From NCBI RefSeq assembly GCF_001194135.2, contig NC_069001.1, positions 8,700,537 to 8,745,970 on the forward strand: DNA of 45,434 nt. Direction: 5' to 3'. The translations under genes were made by a program, and so were the position numbers. Each line of letters begins with the position of its first letter. Within the stretch, counting starts at the first letter, position 1. Below, in pieces: positions 1 to 11,750 of the stretch. The notes beneath the pieces were generated by a model. It was not told the DNA's origin, did no database searches, and saw only the letters and a program-made list of their open reading frames with translations. The stretch comes from Octopus bimaculoides (taxonomy: Eukaryota).

Positions 1-102
1 GCTAACGTAATTATTTTACGTAATTTGTTTTCAGGCAAATAATAGGATTTGTTTATATAACCGATATATGATATAAATGAGGATGAAAGCTGAACAAACA
101 CA

Positions 103-148
<46 letters not shown>

Positions 149-949
149 TACATACATACATGCATGCATGCGCGCGCGCGTGTGTGTGTGGTATATTTAT
201 GAATATCACAAGCTTAGATCTGGAAGTGCGGTTAAGAACTTCTCTTTGCGACAATGTTGTTTCGGGTTCAGTTTTACTGTGTGGCACCTTGTGCAAGTGG
301 CTTCCACTATAGCCGTGTGTGTGTGCGTGTGTGTTTGTGTGTGTGTGCGCGTGTGTGTTGAGAGTATTTATCTCTCATAGCATATCTTAGCAGTTCGGCA
401 AAGATTCCCGACAGAATAAATACCAAGCTTAAAAATGAAGTGGTGGAATAAATTTGTTCAACTAAAAAATCCCTTCAACGCAGTGCCCCAGCTTGGCTGC
501 AGTTCAGTGATTGAAGCAAGTAAAATGGTAAAAGACACATATGAATGTATATGTGTATGTATACTATATCGTAAAGGAAGTAGCTGGACAGAAGCATTAG
601 AGCGTCGAACAAAATGCTTTACGCATTTTATTTCGGGTGCCTTACGCTCTGAGTTCAAATCTCACTTTGGTTAGATTTGTTTCTAATCCCTCCGTGGTTC
701 TATAAAATATAGTAACCAGTCAAATTCTAAAATATGTGTAATCGACTGACACTGATAAATTCCAGACATCTTCCAGAATTTCGAAAGAATTTTAATTTTG
801 TTTGTTTTCTCTGCTGAAGTTATGGATAATGTTTATGCAGATTTAACTCCGCCCCTTTCGTAGGTAATACCATCTGTCAATGTTAACATGTTCAGTAACA
901 ATGGGTAGGCTCCAAGTTCTGGTAGTTCTCATACCTTGGCATGTATGGA

Positions 950-1345
950 ATTATGTATGTATGTATGTATGTATATATGTATTTATGTATGTCATTATTC
1001 AGTTTAATTTGAAGATTTCTTGCCAATTTGTATGTTTTGTTTTATGTATTTCTTCTCGTGCATATACTTGTATATCTAGACATGCTCATATATATTTAAA
1101 TGATAAACTTCAGGAAAGTTTTACAGATTTTTACAGTTTCAGTGATGGATTGGATCTGTAGTCTTCGAATCAGCTTTCTCCTTTCTGGTTTTGAGAAGCC
1201 TAATTTCTCAAGATTGGTATTTAGGCACTGTGTAACATATCTCAGGGTCCCACTAATTACAGGTATAAACCTGAACTTGTAACCTGGGTAGAGTAACTGT
1301 AGATTTCCCAATAGATCAGCATAGGTATTCTCTTTTTCACTGATC
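950..1345 (-). mobile_element. 3' end of an RLE-type (R4/NeSL-like) non-LTR retrotransposon
   Basis: KENTYADLLGNLQLLYPGYKFRFIPVISGTLRYVT...LQIQSITETVKICKTFLKF* resembles the C-terminus of a restriction-like endonuclease (KY.DL..L......IPV..G.LG). It is followed by a 3' UTR shared with 7120-7240 and 11505-11750. Confidence 0.7.
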
Positions 1346-1810
1346 TTCAGCTTTATGTATGTATGTATGTATGCACATGTATTTGTATGCATACATAGCT
1401 TATGCATACATAGTTTATACATAGTTTATGCAAGTATATATATCATATGAATCGTTAGTGTTGTACAAAATGTCTAAGGTACATTTAGACAACTGAGAAA
1501 GGTATCTTTCAGGCTTCCACAGGGTGAGAGTCCTGAACAAATCTTGTTAGTGTTACTTTATGTTTTAAGGGTGGATGTGGCGAATTATGGCTCCAGACAC
1601 TGTTAGATTTCATAGACATAATGATGGAACAATATGACACAAATCCCATAATTAACGAGAAATGAGCGAGGATATGTCATCGTAGCCCGACTTAATGTAT
1701 TATGTTCACGTGGTGGACGGTAAGTGATCGTCACATGACGTTTCGGATTATATGACAAGTGTGTGTGTGTATGTGTAATTGATGGAGAGGCGTGGGGAAG
1801 GAGTGGTAGA

Positions 1811-1910
1811 GAAGAAGAAGAAGAAGAAGAAGAAGAAGAAGAAGAAGAAGAAGAAGAAGAAGAAGAAGAAGAAGAAGAAGAAGAAGAAGAAGAAGAAGAA
1901 GAAGAAGAAG
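1811..1910. repeat. (GAA)n microsatellite running into an assembly gap
   Basis: Direct reading. Confidence 0.95.
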
Positions 1911-2277
1911 NNNNNNNNNNNNNNNNNNNNNNNNNNNNNNNNNNNNNNNNNNNNNNNNNNNNNNNNNNNNNNNNNNNNNNNNNNNNNNNNNNNNNNNNNN
2001 NNNNNNNNNNNNNNNNNNNNNNNNNNNNNNNNNNNNNNNNNNNNNNNNNNNNNNNNNNNNNNNNNNNNNNNNNNNNNNNNNNNNNNNNNNNNNNNNNNNN
2101 NNNNNNNNNNNNNNNNNNNNNNNNNNNNNNNNNNNNNNNNNNNNNNNNNNNNNNNNNNNNNNNNNNNNNNNNNNNNNNNNNNNNNNNNNNNNNNNNNNNN
2201 NNNNNNNNNNNNNNNNNNNNCTTATGCAGATGGCCTGAAATTTTGGGGAAAGGTGCTAATCGATTACATAAACCACA

Positions 2278-2530
2278 GTCAACGTAATTGTATTTGGAAT
2301 GATCGCTAGAGATGGCGATGTTATGCCTCCACTCATCTTCCCACACGGTTTCAGACTCAACACGGAGGCCTACATCAAGTGCCTGGAGGAGGTAGTGCTA
2401 CCCTGGTTCAAGAGGATGGCTGCTGGAAGACCCTGCGTCTGGCAACAGGACCCTGCACCATGCCATAAAAGCAGGAGAACCGAGTGATGCCGATCAGACA
2501 ATTTCTGCGACCACATCAACCCTAACATCT
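2278..2530 (+). mobile_element. Tc1/mariner DDE transposase fragment (degenerate)
   Basis: VIVFGMIARDGDVMPPLIFPHGFRLNTEAYIKCLEEVVLPW...VWQQDPAPCH includes the QQD.AP.H second-aspartate motif. In-frame stop follows. Confidence 0.85.
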
Positions 2531-3341
2531 TAAGTAGTATGTGTGTGTATGTATGTATGTATGTATGTATGTATGCATGTTTGCATACATGCATGTATGT
2601 ATGTTTATATGTATGTATGTATGCATGTATGCACACATGCATGTATGTATGTATGTATGTATAGGTGTATGTATGTATTAGGTATATGCATATTCACGTA
2701 CATACATACGTTTGTGTACGAGTACATTGTTCAGAAATTCGTTTCGGCATTTACATCATCTTACAGATGCATTTATTAGCCATCTTACAGGTACATTTAT
2801 TTCGGTAAACTGAAGTGAGACGAATATGATGCTGATAATGTTTTCTTATAGCTGCTGGAGTTATTTTAGTGTTACAGGTTTAAAATCACGCTCTGTTTCG
2901 CTTCATACGATTAAATAAAATATCCCCCGCTGATTTTGGAATTTTCAGTAACTGAATTCTTGCCTCTATGTACGAATGTTTGCATATACATACACTTGGA
3001 TGGATGCATGCATAAGTACATGCTTGTGCACGTATGTGTGCGCAGAGACATGTTTGTTAATGGAGAGGGGGAGAAATCAGGTAGCTCAGATACCTTGCAT
3101 GTACATACATATATACATACCTATTGACTTATATACATAAATACAAATAGGTTTGGGAAGCAGAACTCTAAACAGGAGTGTATGTATATATACATATATG
3201 TGTGTACGTGTTGTCATTAATGTGTGTTATCATTAATAATCGGCTGAAGTTGCATAGTAACTTAGGGGCCGACAATTTCGTGCTCTGGCACTTATCAATA
3301 TTGTGTAGGAAAATCTCGGTACTTGAATCACTATATATATA

Positions 3342-3388
<47 letters not shown>

Positions 3389-4049
3389 NNNNNNNNNNNN
3401 NNNNNNNNNNNNNNNNNNNNNNNNNNNNNNNNNNNNNNNNNNNNNNNNNNNNNNNNNNNNNNNNNNNNNNNNNNNNNNNNNNNNNNNNNNNNNNNNNNNN
3501 NNNNNNNNNNNNNNNNNNNNNNNNNNNNNNNNNNNNNNNNNNNNNNNNNNNNNNNNNNNNNNNNNNNNNNNNNNNNNNNNTATATATATATATATATATA
3601 TATATGGAAAAAAGAGTCATGGTAGAAAATGCTAAAAGAGGGCCAGTAGAGTAGAGTAAGTATCAGGATTAAAACCAATAATAGGCACCGGATGTGTCGA
3701 TTGTAAAATTCTTCAAGGCAATGCTCCAGCATGGCCGCAGTCTAATGACTTGAAACAAGAATAAGAGAAAAGATAAAAAGATGTTGAAGCAGCTTTGATA
3801 AAGATGCAATTAGCTGTTTACAGTTCTGGATGCACCGTAAGACATTTATACATGTTGGCTCCTGCCACAGAGCAACGAGTTTAACAGCAAAACACACCCA
3901 GGCTCATATCAAAGAAGCAGTCACGGTCAGTGAATGTTGTTTGGATGAGTTTCAGAATGACGTCATTTCGAAAGTATTAAAACCTGCTGACGTCATCGTT
4001 TTCAGACGAATAAACAGGTTTTATTTGCATACTCCATATTTTATGTGTG

Positions 4050-4330
4050 CATGGGCCCGGCAATAGTGGGTGCAGGTGGTGCAAGTGCACTCCCTAGAAT
4101 TTTTTGCGGAGTGCAGAACCAAAATCTGCAGCCCTACTTATTTTGCTCAGGTTTACAAAAACAGTGAATAAAAAAGTGATGCGTAAAAAGTAGTTTGAAG
4201 TTAGGTTCCTTCACAAAGAACAGATCACAAAATTAAATAACAGAAAAAAAAACAAAAACAAGACCTTGTTTGTATAAAATTTTGGACTTGGGTTTGCACC
4301 CCCTAAACAAATTTCGTTCCCGAGCCAGTG
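4050..4330. mobile_element. hAT-like MITE
   Basis: Degenerate CA...TG terminal inverted repeats (10/15 match). Identical 8-bp flanks tatgtgtg at 4042-4049 and 4331-4338, although the context is microsatellite. Confidence 0.6.
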
Positions 4331-4342
4331 TATGTGTGTGTC

Positions 4343-4374
<32 letters not shown>

Positions 4375-4405
4375 TGTATGTATGAATGTATGTATGTATG
4401 TTTTT

Positions 4406-4780
4406 GTTGGCACTCCGTCGCTTACGACTTCAAGGGCTCCAGTTGATCCGATCAACGAAACAGCCTGCTCGTGAAATTAACGTGCAAGTGGCTGAGCACT
4501 CCACAGACACGTGTACCCTTACGTAGTTCTTGGGGATATTCAGCGTGACACAGTGTGACAAGGCCGACCCTTTGAATTACAGGTGCATCAGAAACAGGAA
4601 GTAACAGAAAGTTGTGGTGGAAGAGTACAGCAAGGTTCACCACCATACCCTGCTGGAGCCTCGTAGAGCTTTAGGTGTGTTCGCTCAATAAACACTCACA
4701 ACGCCCGGTCTGAGAATCGAAACCGCGATCCTATGACCGTGAGTCCGTTGCCCTAACCACTGGGCCATTGCGCCTCCACA
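4406..4780 (-). mobile_element. tRNA-headed SINE family A, full length
   Basis: A box tggcccagtgg and B box gtttcgattc on minus strand. Near-identical to 7279-7643 and 35677-36056. Confidence 0.85.
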
Positions 4781-5287
4781 TGTATGTATGTATGTATGTT
4801 TCATGCATGTATGTATTTCCAACCATATGGTTTCGTCCCACTGCATGGCACCATGGCAAGTGTCTTGGGCAAGATATTTATATATGTGTGTGTGTGTGTG
4901 TGGCCGCACTCTAATGACTTTAAACAAAGAAAAAGAGAAAAGAGAAAAGAGAGACGATAAAAGAAAGAATGTTGCAGCAGTTTTGATAAAGATCTAAACA
5001 GCTGTTAAGAGTTAAGTGTTCTGAATACAACGTAAGACATTTTAGGCAACCTGGTTCCTACCACAGAGCAACGGCTTTAACAACAACGCACCCAGGCTCA
5101 TATCAAACAAGCAATCACAGTAAATGAATACAGAATTACAAACGGCTGGATGAATTTCAAAATAGCGTCCTCTCGTACGTATTAAAACCTGCTGACGTAA
5201 TCAATTCCAGACAAATAAACAGGTATGGTTTGTATACGCCGTAGTTTGTGTGGGCGAATGCATGTATGTATGGATGAATGAATGTAT

Positions 5288-5680
5288 TCCCAGCCATATG
5301 GCTCTGGGTTCAGTCTCACTGCGTGGCAGCTAGGGCATGTGTCTTCTACAATAGCCTCGGGCCGACCAAAGCCTTGTGAGTGGATTTGGTAGAAGGAAAC
5401 TTAAAGAAGCCTGTTGTGTATGTGCATATGTGTGTGTGCGTGTGCGTGTGTGTACCTGTGTGTGTATGTCTGTTTTTGTCTCCTACCCATCAGCGCTTGA
5501 CAACCGGTGTTGGTGTGTTTACGTCCCTGTGGCTTCGCGGTTCGGCAAAATATACCGATAGAATCAGTACTTGGCTTTAAAAATAAGTTGTGGGGTCCAT
5601 TCGTTCGACTAACATCCTTCAAGGCGGCATTCCAGCATGGCTGCAGTCAAATGACTGAAACAAGTAAAAGAAAAAGAGAA
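5288..5680 (+). mobile_element. SINE family B (tRNA-like head, central TA/TG microsatellite, ...gctccagcatggccgcagtcaaatgactgaaac tail)
   Basis: Collinear with 30079, 39356 and 42902 copies. Confidence 0.8.
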
Positions 5681-5718
<38 letters not shown>

Positions 5719-6219
5719 NNNNNNNNNNNNNNNNNNNNNNNNNNNNNNNNNNNNNNNNNNNNNNNNNNNNNNNNNNNNNNNNNNNNNNNNNNNNNNNNNN
5801 NNNNNNNNNNNNNNNNNNNNNNNNNNNNNNNNNNNNNNNNNNNNNNNNNNNNNNNNNNNNNNNNNNNNNNNNNNNNNNNNNNNNNNNNNNNNNNNNNNNN
5901 NNNNNNNNNNNNNNNNNNNNNNNNNNNNNNNNNNNNNNNNNNNNNNNNNNNNNNNNNNNNNNNNNNNNNNNNNNNNNNNNNNNNNNNNNNNNNNNNNNNN
6001 NNNNNNNNNNNNNNNNNNNNNNNNNNNNNNNNNNNNNNNNNNNNNNNNNNNNNNNNNNNNNNNNNNNNNNNNNNNNNNNNNNNNNNNNNNNNNNNNNNNN
6101 NNNNNATGAAGGGCAGATTTTCAATCCAGGGATCATCGTGATTCCAAAAAGGTATAATATATCAATATAGAACGAATGTAGACTGAGATACAGGGGTCCA
6201 GGACAGACAGAATTTCGCG

Positions 6220-6264
<45 letters not shown>

Positions 6265-6481
6265 GTTATTATTATTATTATTGTGTGGAAGGCGGCGGGC
6301 TGGCATAATCGTTACCACATCGGGCGAAGTGCTTAGCGGTATTTCGTTTGTCGCTACCTTCTGAGTTCAAATTTCGCCGAGGTTGACTTTGCCTTTCATC
6401 CTTTCAGGGTCGATAAATTAAGTACTAGTTGCCAAAATTTCAGGCCTTATGCCTATAGTAGAAAGGATGATGATGATGATG

Positions 6482-6535
<54 letters not shown>
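6220..6535. repeat. Two (ATT)n tracts flanking a family C SINE
   Basis: Tracts at 6220-6283 and ~6481-6535. Confidence 0.9.
6289..6465 (+). mobile_element. SINE family C (tRNA head plus ctgagttcaaat...gaggtcgactttgcctttcatcc core; possibly Nin-domain type)
   Basis: Shared with 11296-11480, 12620-12790, 21712-21915, 41898-42110 and 43878-44112. The Nin-domain assignment is from recall only. Confidence 0.75.
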
Positions 6536-7119
6536 GTGTGTACGTGTGTATGTATGTGTGTGTGTATTTATACATGTGTATGTGTATGTGTGTTTGTCCT
6601 TCACACCTGCTCGACATCCAATGTTGGTGCGTTTACGTCTTCGTAACATTAGCGATTCGGCGAAAGAGGGCCGATAGAGGAAGTACCAGGGTTAGAACAA
6701 TAATAAGCACTGGGTGTCAATTGAAAATTCCTCAAGGCAGTGCTCCAACATAGCTGCACTCTAATGACTAGACAAGAAAAGATAAAAGAGAGAAGATGAA
6801 AGAAAGAATGTTACAGCGGCTTTGATAACAGTGCAGTCAGCTGTTAACAGGCTAATTAAGTGTTCTGGATACAACGTAAGACATTTATGCAGCCAACCAC
6901 AGAGCAGCGGGTTTAACAGCAAATCACCCAGGTTTATATCAAAGACGTAATCACAAGTGAATACAGAATTGCAAACGTTTGGATGAATTTCAGAATATCG
7001 TCATCTCAACGGTATTGAAACCTGCTGATGTCATCGTCTTCAGACGAATAAACAGGTTTTGTTTGTATACTGCATATTTTGTGCCAATGTATATATATAT
7101 ATATGAGTGCATTGTATTG

Positions 7120-7240
7120 TATGTATGTCATTGTTCAGTTTTATTTCATGATTTCTTGCCAATAGAGAAAAAGTCAGTTTCTAACTTAGATCAAAGGCGT
7201 CTTCATTGAAATTTCAACATCAGCAACAGCATATTTGTTT
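7120..7240 (-). mobile_element. 3' UTR fragment of the same RLE LINE family
   Basis: Similar to 11640-11750 (reverse complement). Ends in ...aatga + (CATA)n. Confidence 0.55.
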
Positions 7241-7278
7241 GTTTGTATGTATGTATGTATGTATGTATGTATGTATGT

Positions 7279-7643
7279 GTGGAGGCGCAATGGCCCAGTG
7301 GTTAGGGCAGCGGACTCGCGGTTTCGATTCCCAGACCGGGCATTGTGAGTGTTTATTGAGCGAAAACACCTAAAGCTCCACGAGGCTCCGGCAGGGGATG
7401 GTGGCGAACCCTGCTGTACTCTTTCACCACAACTTTCTCTCACTCTTACTTCCTGTTTCTGTTGTGCCTGTAATTCAAAGGGTCAGCCTTGTCACACTGT
7501 GTCACGCTGAATATCCCCGAGAACTACATTAAGGGTACACGTGTCTGTGGAGTGCTCAGCCACTTGCACGTTAATTTCACGAGCAGGCTGTTCCGTTGAT
7601 CCGATCAACTGGAATCCTCGTCGTCGTAAGCGACGGAGTGCCA
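7279..7643 (+). mobile_element. SINE family A, near full length (small deletion in head)
   Basis: High identity to the other family A copies. Flanked by (TATG)n. Confidence 0.85.
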
Positions 7644-8267
7644 TAATGTATGTATGTATGTATGTATGTATGTATGTATGTATGTATGTTAGGTCGTTCT
7701 TGGGCACTACTGGTAATATGTAGCCCAGTACAACCTGTTGCATGGTCGGATCGTCGGCGACTAATCTGGCAACCTTGTCAAGCTTGCTTGGTGAAGAGGG
7801 TGATTGTTGTTGGACATCCTGAAGGACGAAGAATAAGACTTGTCAAAGGGCGAAAGAGATCATGAGCAGCCATGTATGTATGTATGCACGCATGCATGCA
7901 TAATTTACTGGTCAAATACTGAATTTTATTCAGACGACTGATATAGCTATCTCGCAGGCTACGTCCGGCTGAGAATCCTGGATTAATCTTGTGTTGCTTA
8001 AGTGTAGATGTGAAAGATAATGACTCCAAATACTGTTTGATTTGACAAACACAATGATAGAACAATATGACACAAACGCCTAATTAACGGGATATGGGTT
8101 AAATGTGTCATCATGGCCTGGCCTAAGTCGACAGAACAGGAAGATTTTGTCTTATGTATCATATTCACGTGCTGGGTTGTATCATATATGCATGCACGTG
8201 ACGTCACGGATTATATAACAAACGAGTGGAGATGAGTGGAGACGGAGAGGTAGAAAGGAGGAGGAGG

Positions 8268-8470
8268 AGAAGAAGAAGAAGAAGAAGAAGAAGAAGAAGA
8301 AGAAGAAGAAGAAGAAGAAGAAGAAGAAGAAGAAGAAGAAAAAGAAAAAGAAGAAGAAGAAGAAGAAGAAGAAGAAGAAGAAGAAGAAGAAGAAGAAGAC
8401 AACAACAACAGCAACACCAGCCACAACAACAACAACGCGAATAAGAAGAAGAACAACAAGACGAATAAGN
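8268..8470. repeat. (GGA)/(GAA)/(CAA) compound microsatellite
   Basis: Direct reading. Confidence 0.95.
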
Positions 8471-9584
8471 NNNNNNNNNNNNNNNNNNNNNNNNNNNNNN
8501 NNNNNNNNNNNNNNNNNNNNNNNNNNNNNNNNNNNNNNNNNNNNNNNNNNNNNNNNNNNNNNNNNNNNNNNNNNNNNNNNNNNNNNNNNNNNNNNNNNNN
8601 NNNNNNNNNNNNNNNNNNNNNNNNNNNNNNNNNNNNNNNNNNNNNNNNNNNNNNNNNNNNNNNNNNNNNNNNNNNNNNNNNNNNNNNNNNNNNNNNNNNN
8701 NNNNNNNNNNNNNNNNNNNNNNNNNNNNNNNNNNNNNNNNNNNNNNNNNNNNNNNNNNNNNNNNNNNNNNNNNNNNNNNNNNNNNNNNNNNNNNNNNNNN
8801 NNNNNNNNNNNNNNNNNNNNNNNNNNNNNNNNNNNNNNNTTTTTTTTTTTTTTTTTTACTGGTTTCAGTCATTGAACTGTAGCCATGTTGGAGCTCCGGT
8901 TTCGAGGGTTTTGTCGATCATATCGAACCCAGTACCAAGGTGGTTGGCGTTATGAAGGGCACCTAGACGTAAAAAAAAAACATGCCAAAAAATTACTGTG
9001 AAGTCTGGTGCAATCTTCTGGCTTGTTAGCTCCTGTCAAATCGTGTAACCCATACCAGCATGGAAAACGGACGTTAAATGATGATGATCATCGTATCACT
9101 ACTGCATAAATCTCTCTGAGGGATTTAGAAATGTGTAATTTCTAAACGACACCAATAACCAACACAGAGTTGCGTCTAGGAAAGAGCTTCTACGAGGTTA
9201 ATCCATTTTGTAGAAATAATAAATTACCTTCAAGTCACATCCAGATGTCTTTTAAAAGTTACATATAAGGTTGTGCAAAGACCAATTTCTCTTGTGGTAT
9301 ATTGGAGTCAACTGACCTTTTATAGGCTTCACACGTTAAAGACCTATCATTTGAGTTTGGAACATTGGTTGAATACGGTTCTTTGATTGGTCAAGTATTG
9401 TGTGGGTATTGGATCGGGGATCTAATCGAGTTGTTCGTAATACATTCTAAAACAACTAACCTGAACCTACGCTGCAGTCTACCTCTGCATATATATTCTT
9501 TTTAAGGATACAGCATCCTATTTAATGACCAACCACACTACGATGGTTTTCAGCAAACACAGAGCCATAAGCAAATTTCCCCAC

Positions 9585-9618
<34 letters not shown>

Positions 9619-10969
9619 CTGCCTTGCCTATGTTTGTACATTTGTAGATTGTAATGAAGGTCATTGAGGACGAGGTGAAGCGGAAATCGGTCAAAGAGCA
9701 GTACTTACTATTCCTTTGTACTTATTATAGACGATGTGCCTTCCATCACAGCGGGAGGAATGGCCTAATAAAATGTGTACATACTACAGCTTTTTCTCTG
9801 TGTACGTGTTTTTTATGTTAGTCCGGGCTAAAAAGGAGGAATGGTGTTTGTTTTGTTTTAACATTTTTTTTTTGTCTTTGTGTTATGAGCTGTATTACCA
9901 AAGCCAGGTTCTAAAGTTAGTGGGAGCGAACGCATAAAAGAAGTCTCCGTGACACACACCAAACAATTTCATTTCTCTTATTTTATGCGAAATATTTCAT
10001 GAGTTATAATAAACGTAATTGTATTCTACATTCATTATTTTCATGCTTTTGTGACAATCTCGTTATGTACGAAGCTTACGACAATTTGTAAGAAGGAAAT
10101 TTTCTTAATGTATTGGAAAATAATCTATTTGTTACATTAATGAGAAAGGTATGAGTGTAATACAATTACAATTAATAGAACCATTCAGATGAAACTACGT
10201 AATATGACACGTACAGAAAGTCTTTGTTAGAAACTCAAAGCTGGATTAATTTTTAGGTAACAAATACATATTCAGATGCCATGCTGTGTCTACTCCTTTC
10301 ATCATTCCGGTTGAATATGCACTATGAAAAGAGCTATTAGAGGAATGTACGCCAACTCGACCCGAAACACTATGAATTTTTGGTGCTCATTTAGGCTATG
10401 GTTTTGTAGGCCACGCTCACGGTAAGTTCTAGTCAGACCACCGAGCTATCACATGATCAACAACCGTTCATTGGACAAAATCTCGATTGTGCACATGACT
10501 GAATTGTGATTTCTATGAGGTAAAAAGCGAAACCGGATCCAATGCTATAGACTAATTGTGTAGGTGTGACGTGAAACAGCTGCCACTCCATAAGATCGTC
10601 CAGTGTTGAATGGTTATGACTTCAGAGTTTGTTTCGGTTCTTCAGATGTCAGCGGCCACTAACACATTACAGGATATTGATTAGACAGTTGAAAATCACG
10701 GGAGGTTGGTCAAATAAAGTAATGATCCACGAAAGTTCTTCCAAGGCAATGAGATTAACAAAAATAAAAAAAGAAATTCGACTTTTATCCCATAAGAAAA
10801 CTAAAGAGATAAAAAAATATTTGTTGAAAAGGCACCAATTCTGAAAATGTGCCGGTGGGGAGCGGTCCTTGCTCCCCTATTACCTACGTCACTGATGAAC
10901 TGTGGAAAATATACGTGCCTTAGTGCTTGAGGTATTTCCTTTTATGTGGTGGTATTGACTGTTGTGAAA

Positions 10970-11480
10970 ATGCTTGGCTCAGTGGTTAGAAGGTCAAGCT
11001 CACAATTGTGACGTTGTGAGTTTGATTCCCGGACCGGACTGTGTGTTGTCTTCTTGAGCAAGACACTCTATTTCATGTTGCTCCAGTTCACTCAGCTGTA
11101 GATACATGAGATGCGATGTCACTGGTACCAAGCTGTATCGGCCGTTGCCTTTCCCTTGGATAACATCGGTGCCATGTAGAGGATAGGCTGGTGTGCATGG
11201 GCGACTGCTGGTCTTCAATAAACAACCTTGCCTGAACTTGTGCTTCGAAGGGGAATTTTTTAGGTGCAATCTCATGGTCATTCGTGACCATGGGATAAAT
11301 GTTTTGCGGTATTTCATTTGTCTTTACGTTCTGAGTTCAAATTCCGCCGAGGTCGACTTTGCCTTTCATCCTTTTGGGGGGGTCGATAAATTAAGTACCA
11401 GTTGCGTACTAGAGTCGATCTAATCGACTGGCCCCCACCAAAATAAAATTTCGGGCCTTGTACCTAGATTAGAAGAGAAC
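10970..11480 (+). mobile_element. SINE family D fused directly to the 3' part of family C
   Basis: 10970-11295 is collinear with 18140-18450. From ~11296 the sequence is the family C core and tail. Confidence 0.75.
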
Positions 11481-11504
11481 TAAAAATTTGTAAAACCTTC
11501 CATT

Positions 11505-11750
11505 TAGGTATAGATACCCATGTCTAGACATGCAACTATGTGCATGAGAATACATACATAAAACAAAACATACAAATCTACACATGCATTGACTTCAAAT
11601 ACTGCGCATACACATACATACATGCATGCAAAAATACTCTGTTGATGTTGAAATTATAATGAAATAGTCTTTGATCTAACTTAGTGACTGGCTCTTTCTC
11701 CATTGGTAATAAATCTTTAAAATAAAACTGTATAATGACATACATACACA
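11505..11750 (+). mobile_element. 3' UTR fragments of the same RLE LINE family
   Basis: atgtctaga...tacataaaacaaaacatacaaat is shared with 1020-1090 (reverse complement). Ends taatga-catacatac. Confidence 0.6.

Larger units (their letters stand above)
3760..7085 (+). repeat. Three diverged copies of a ~280-300 bp unit (3760-4035, 4945-5245, 6785-7085)
   Basis: Shared blocks such as cgtaagacattt, ccacagagca and aaacctgctgaYgt...ataaacaggt. Confidence 0.9.
1480..8260 (+). repeat. Two diverged copies of a ~330 bp unit (1480-1810 and 7925-8260), each followed by a long (GAA)n
   Basis: Shared blocks such as aatgat.gaacaatatgacacaaa..c.taattaacg and ggattatat.acaa. Confidence 0.85.

Noticed and set aside
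7279-7350. tRNA-like sequences at SINE heads (also 28728, 35677, 30079)
   Set aside because: They continue into repeat bodies and lack a complete cloverleaf, so they are not called as tRNA genes.
10276-10427. Plus-strand acceptor and gtaagt donor pair
   Set aside because: Stops in all three frames and no link to a gene.
10860-10920. Second CTGATGA...GAAA and a ggggagc/gctcccc hairpin
   Set aside because: No stem II or stem I pairing, so it is not a hammerhead. The 7-bp hairpin is unremarkable.
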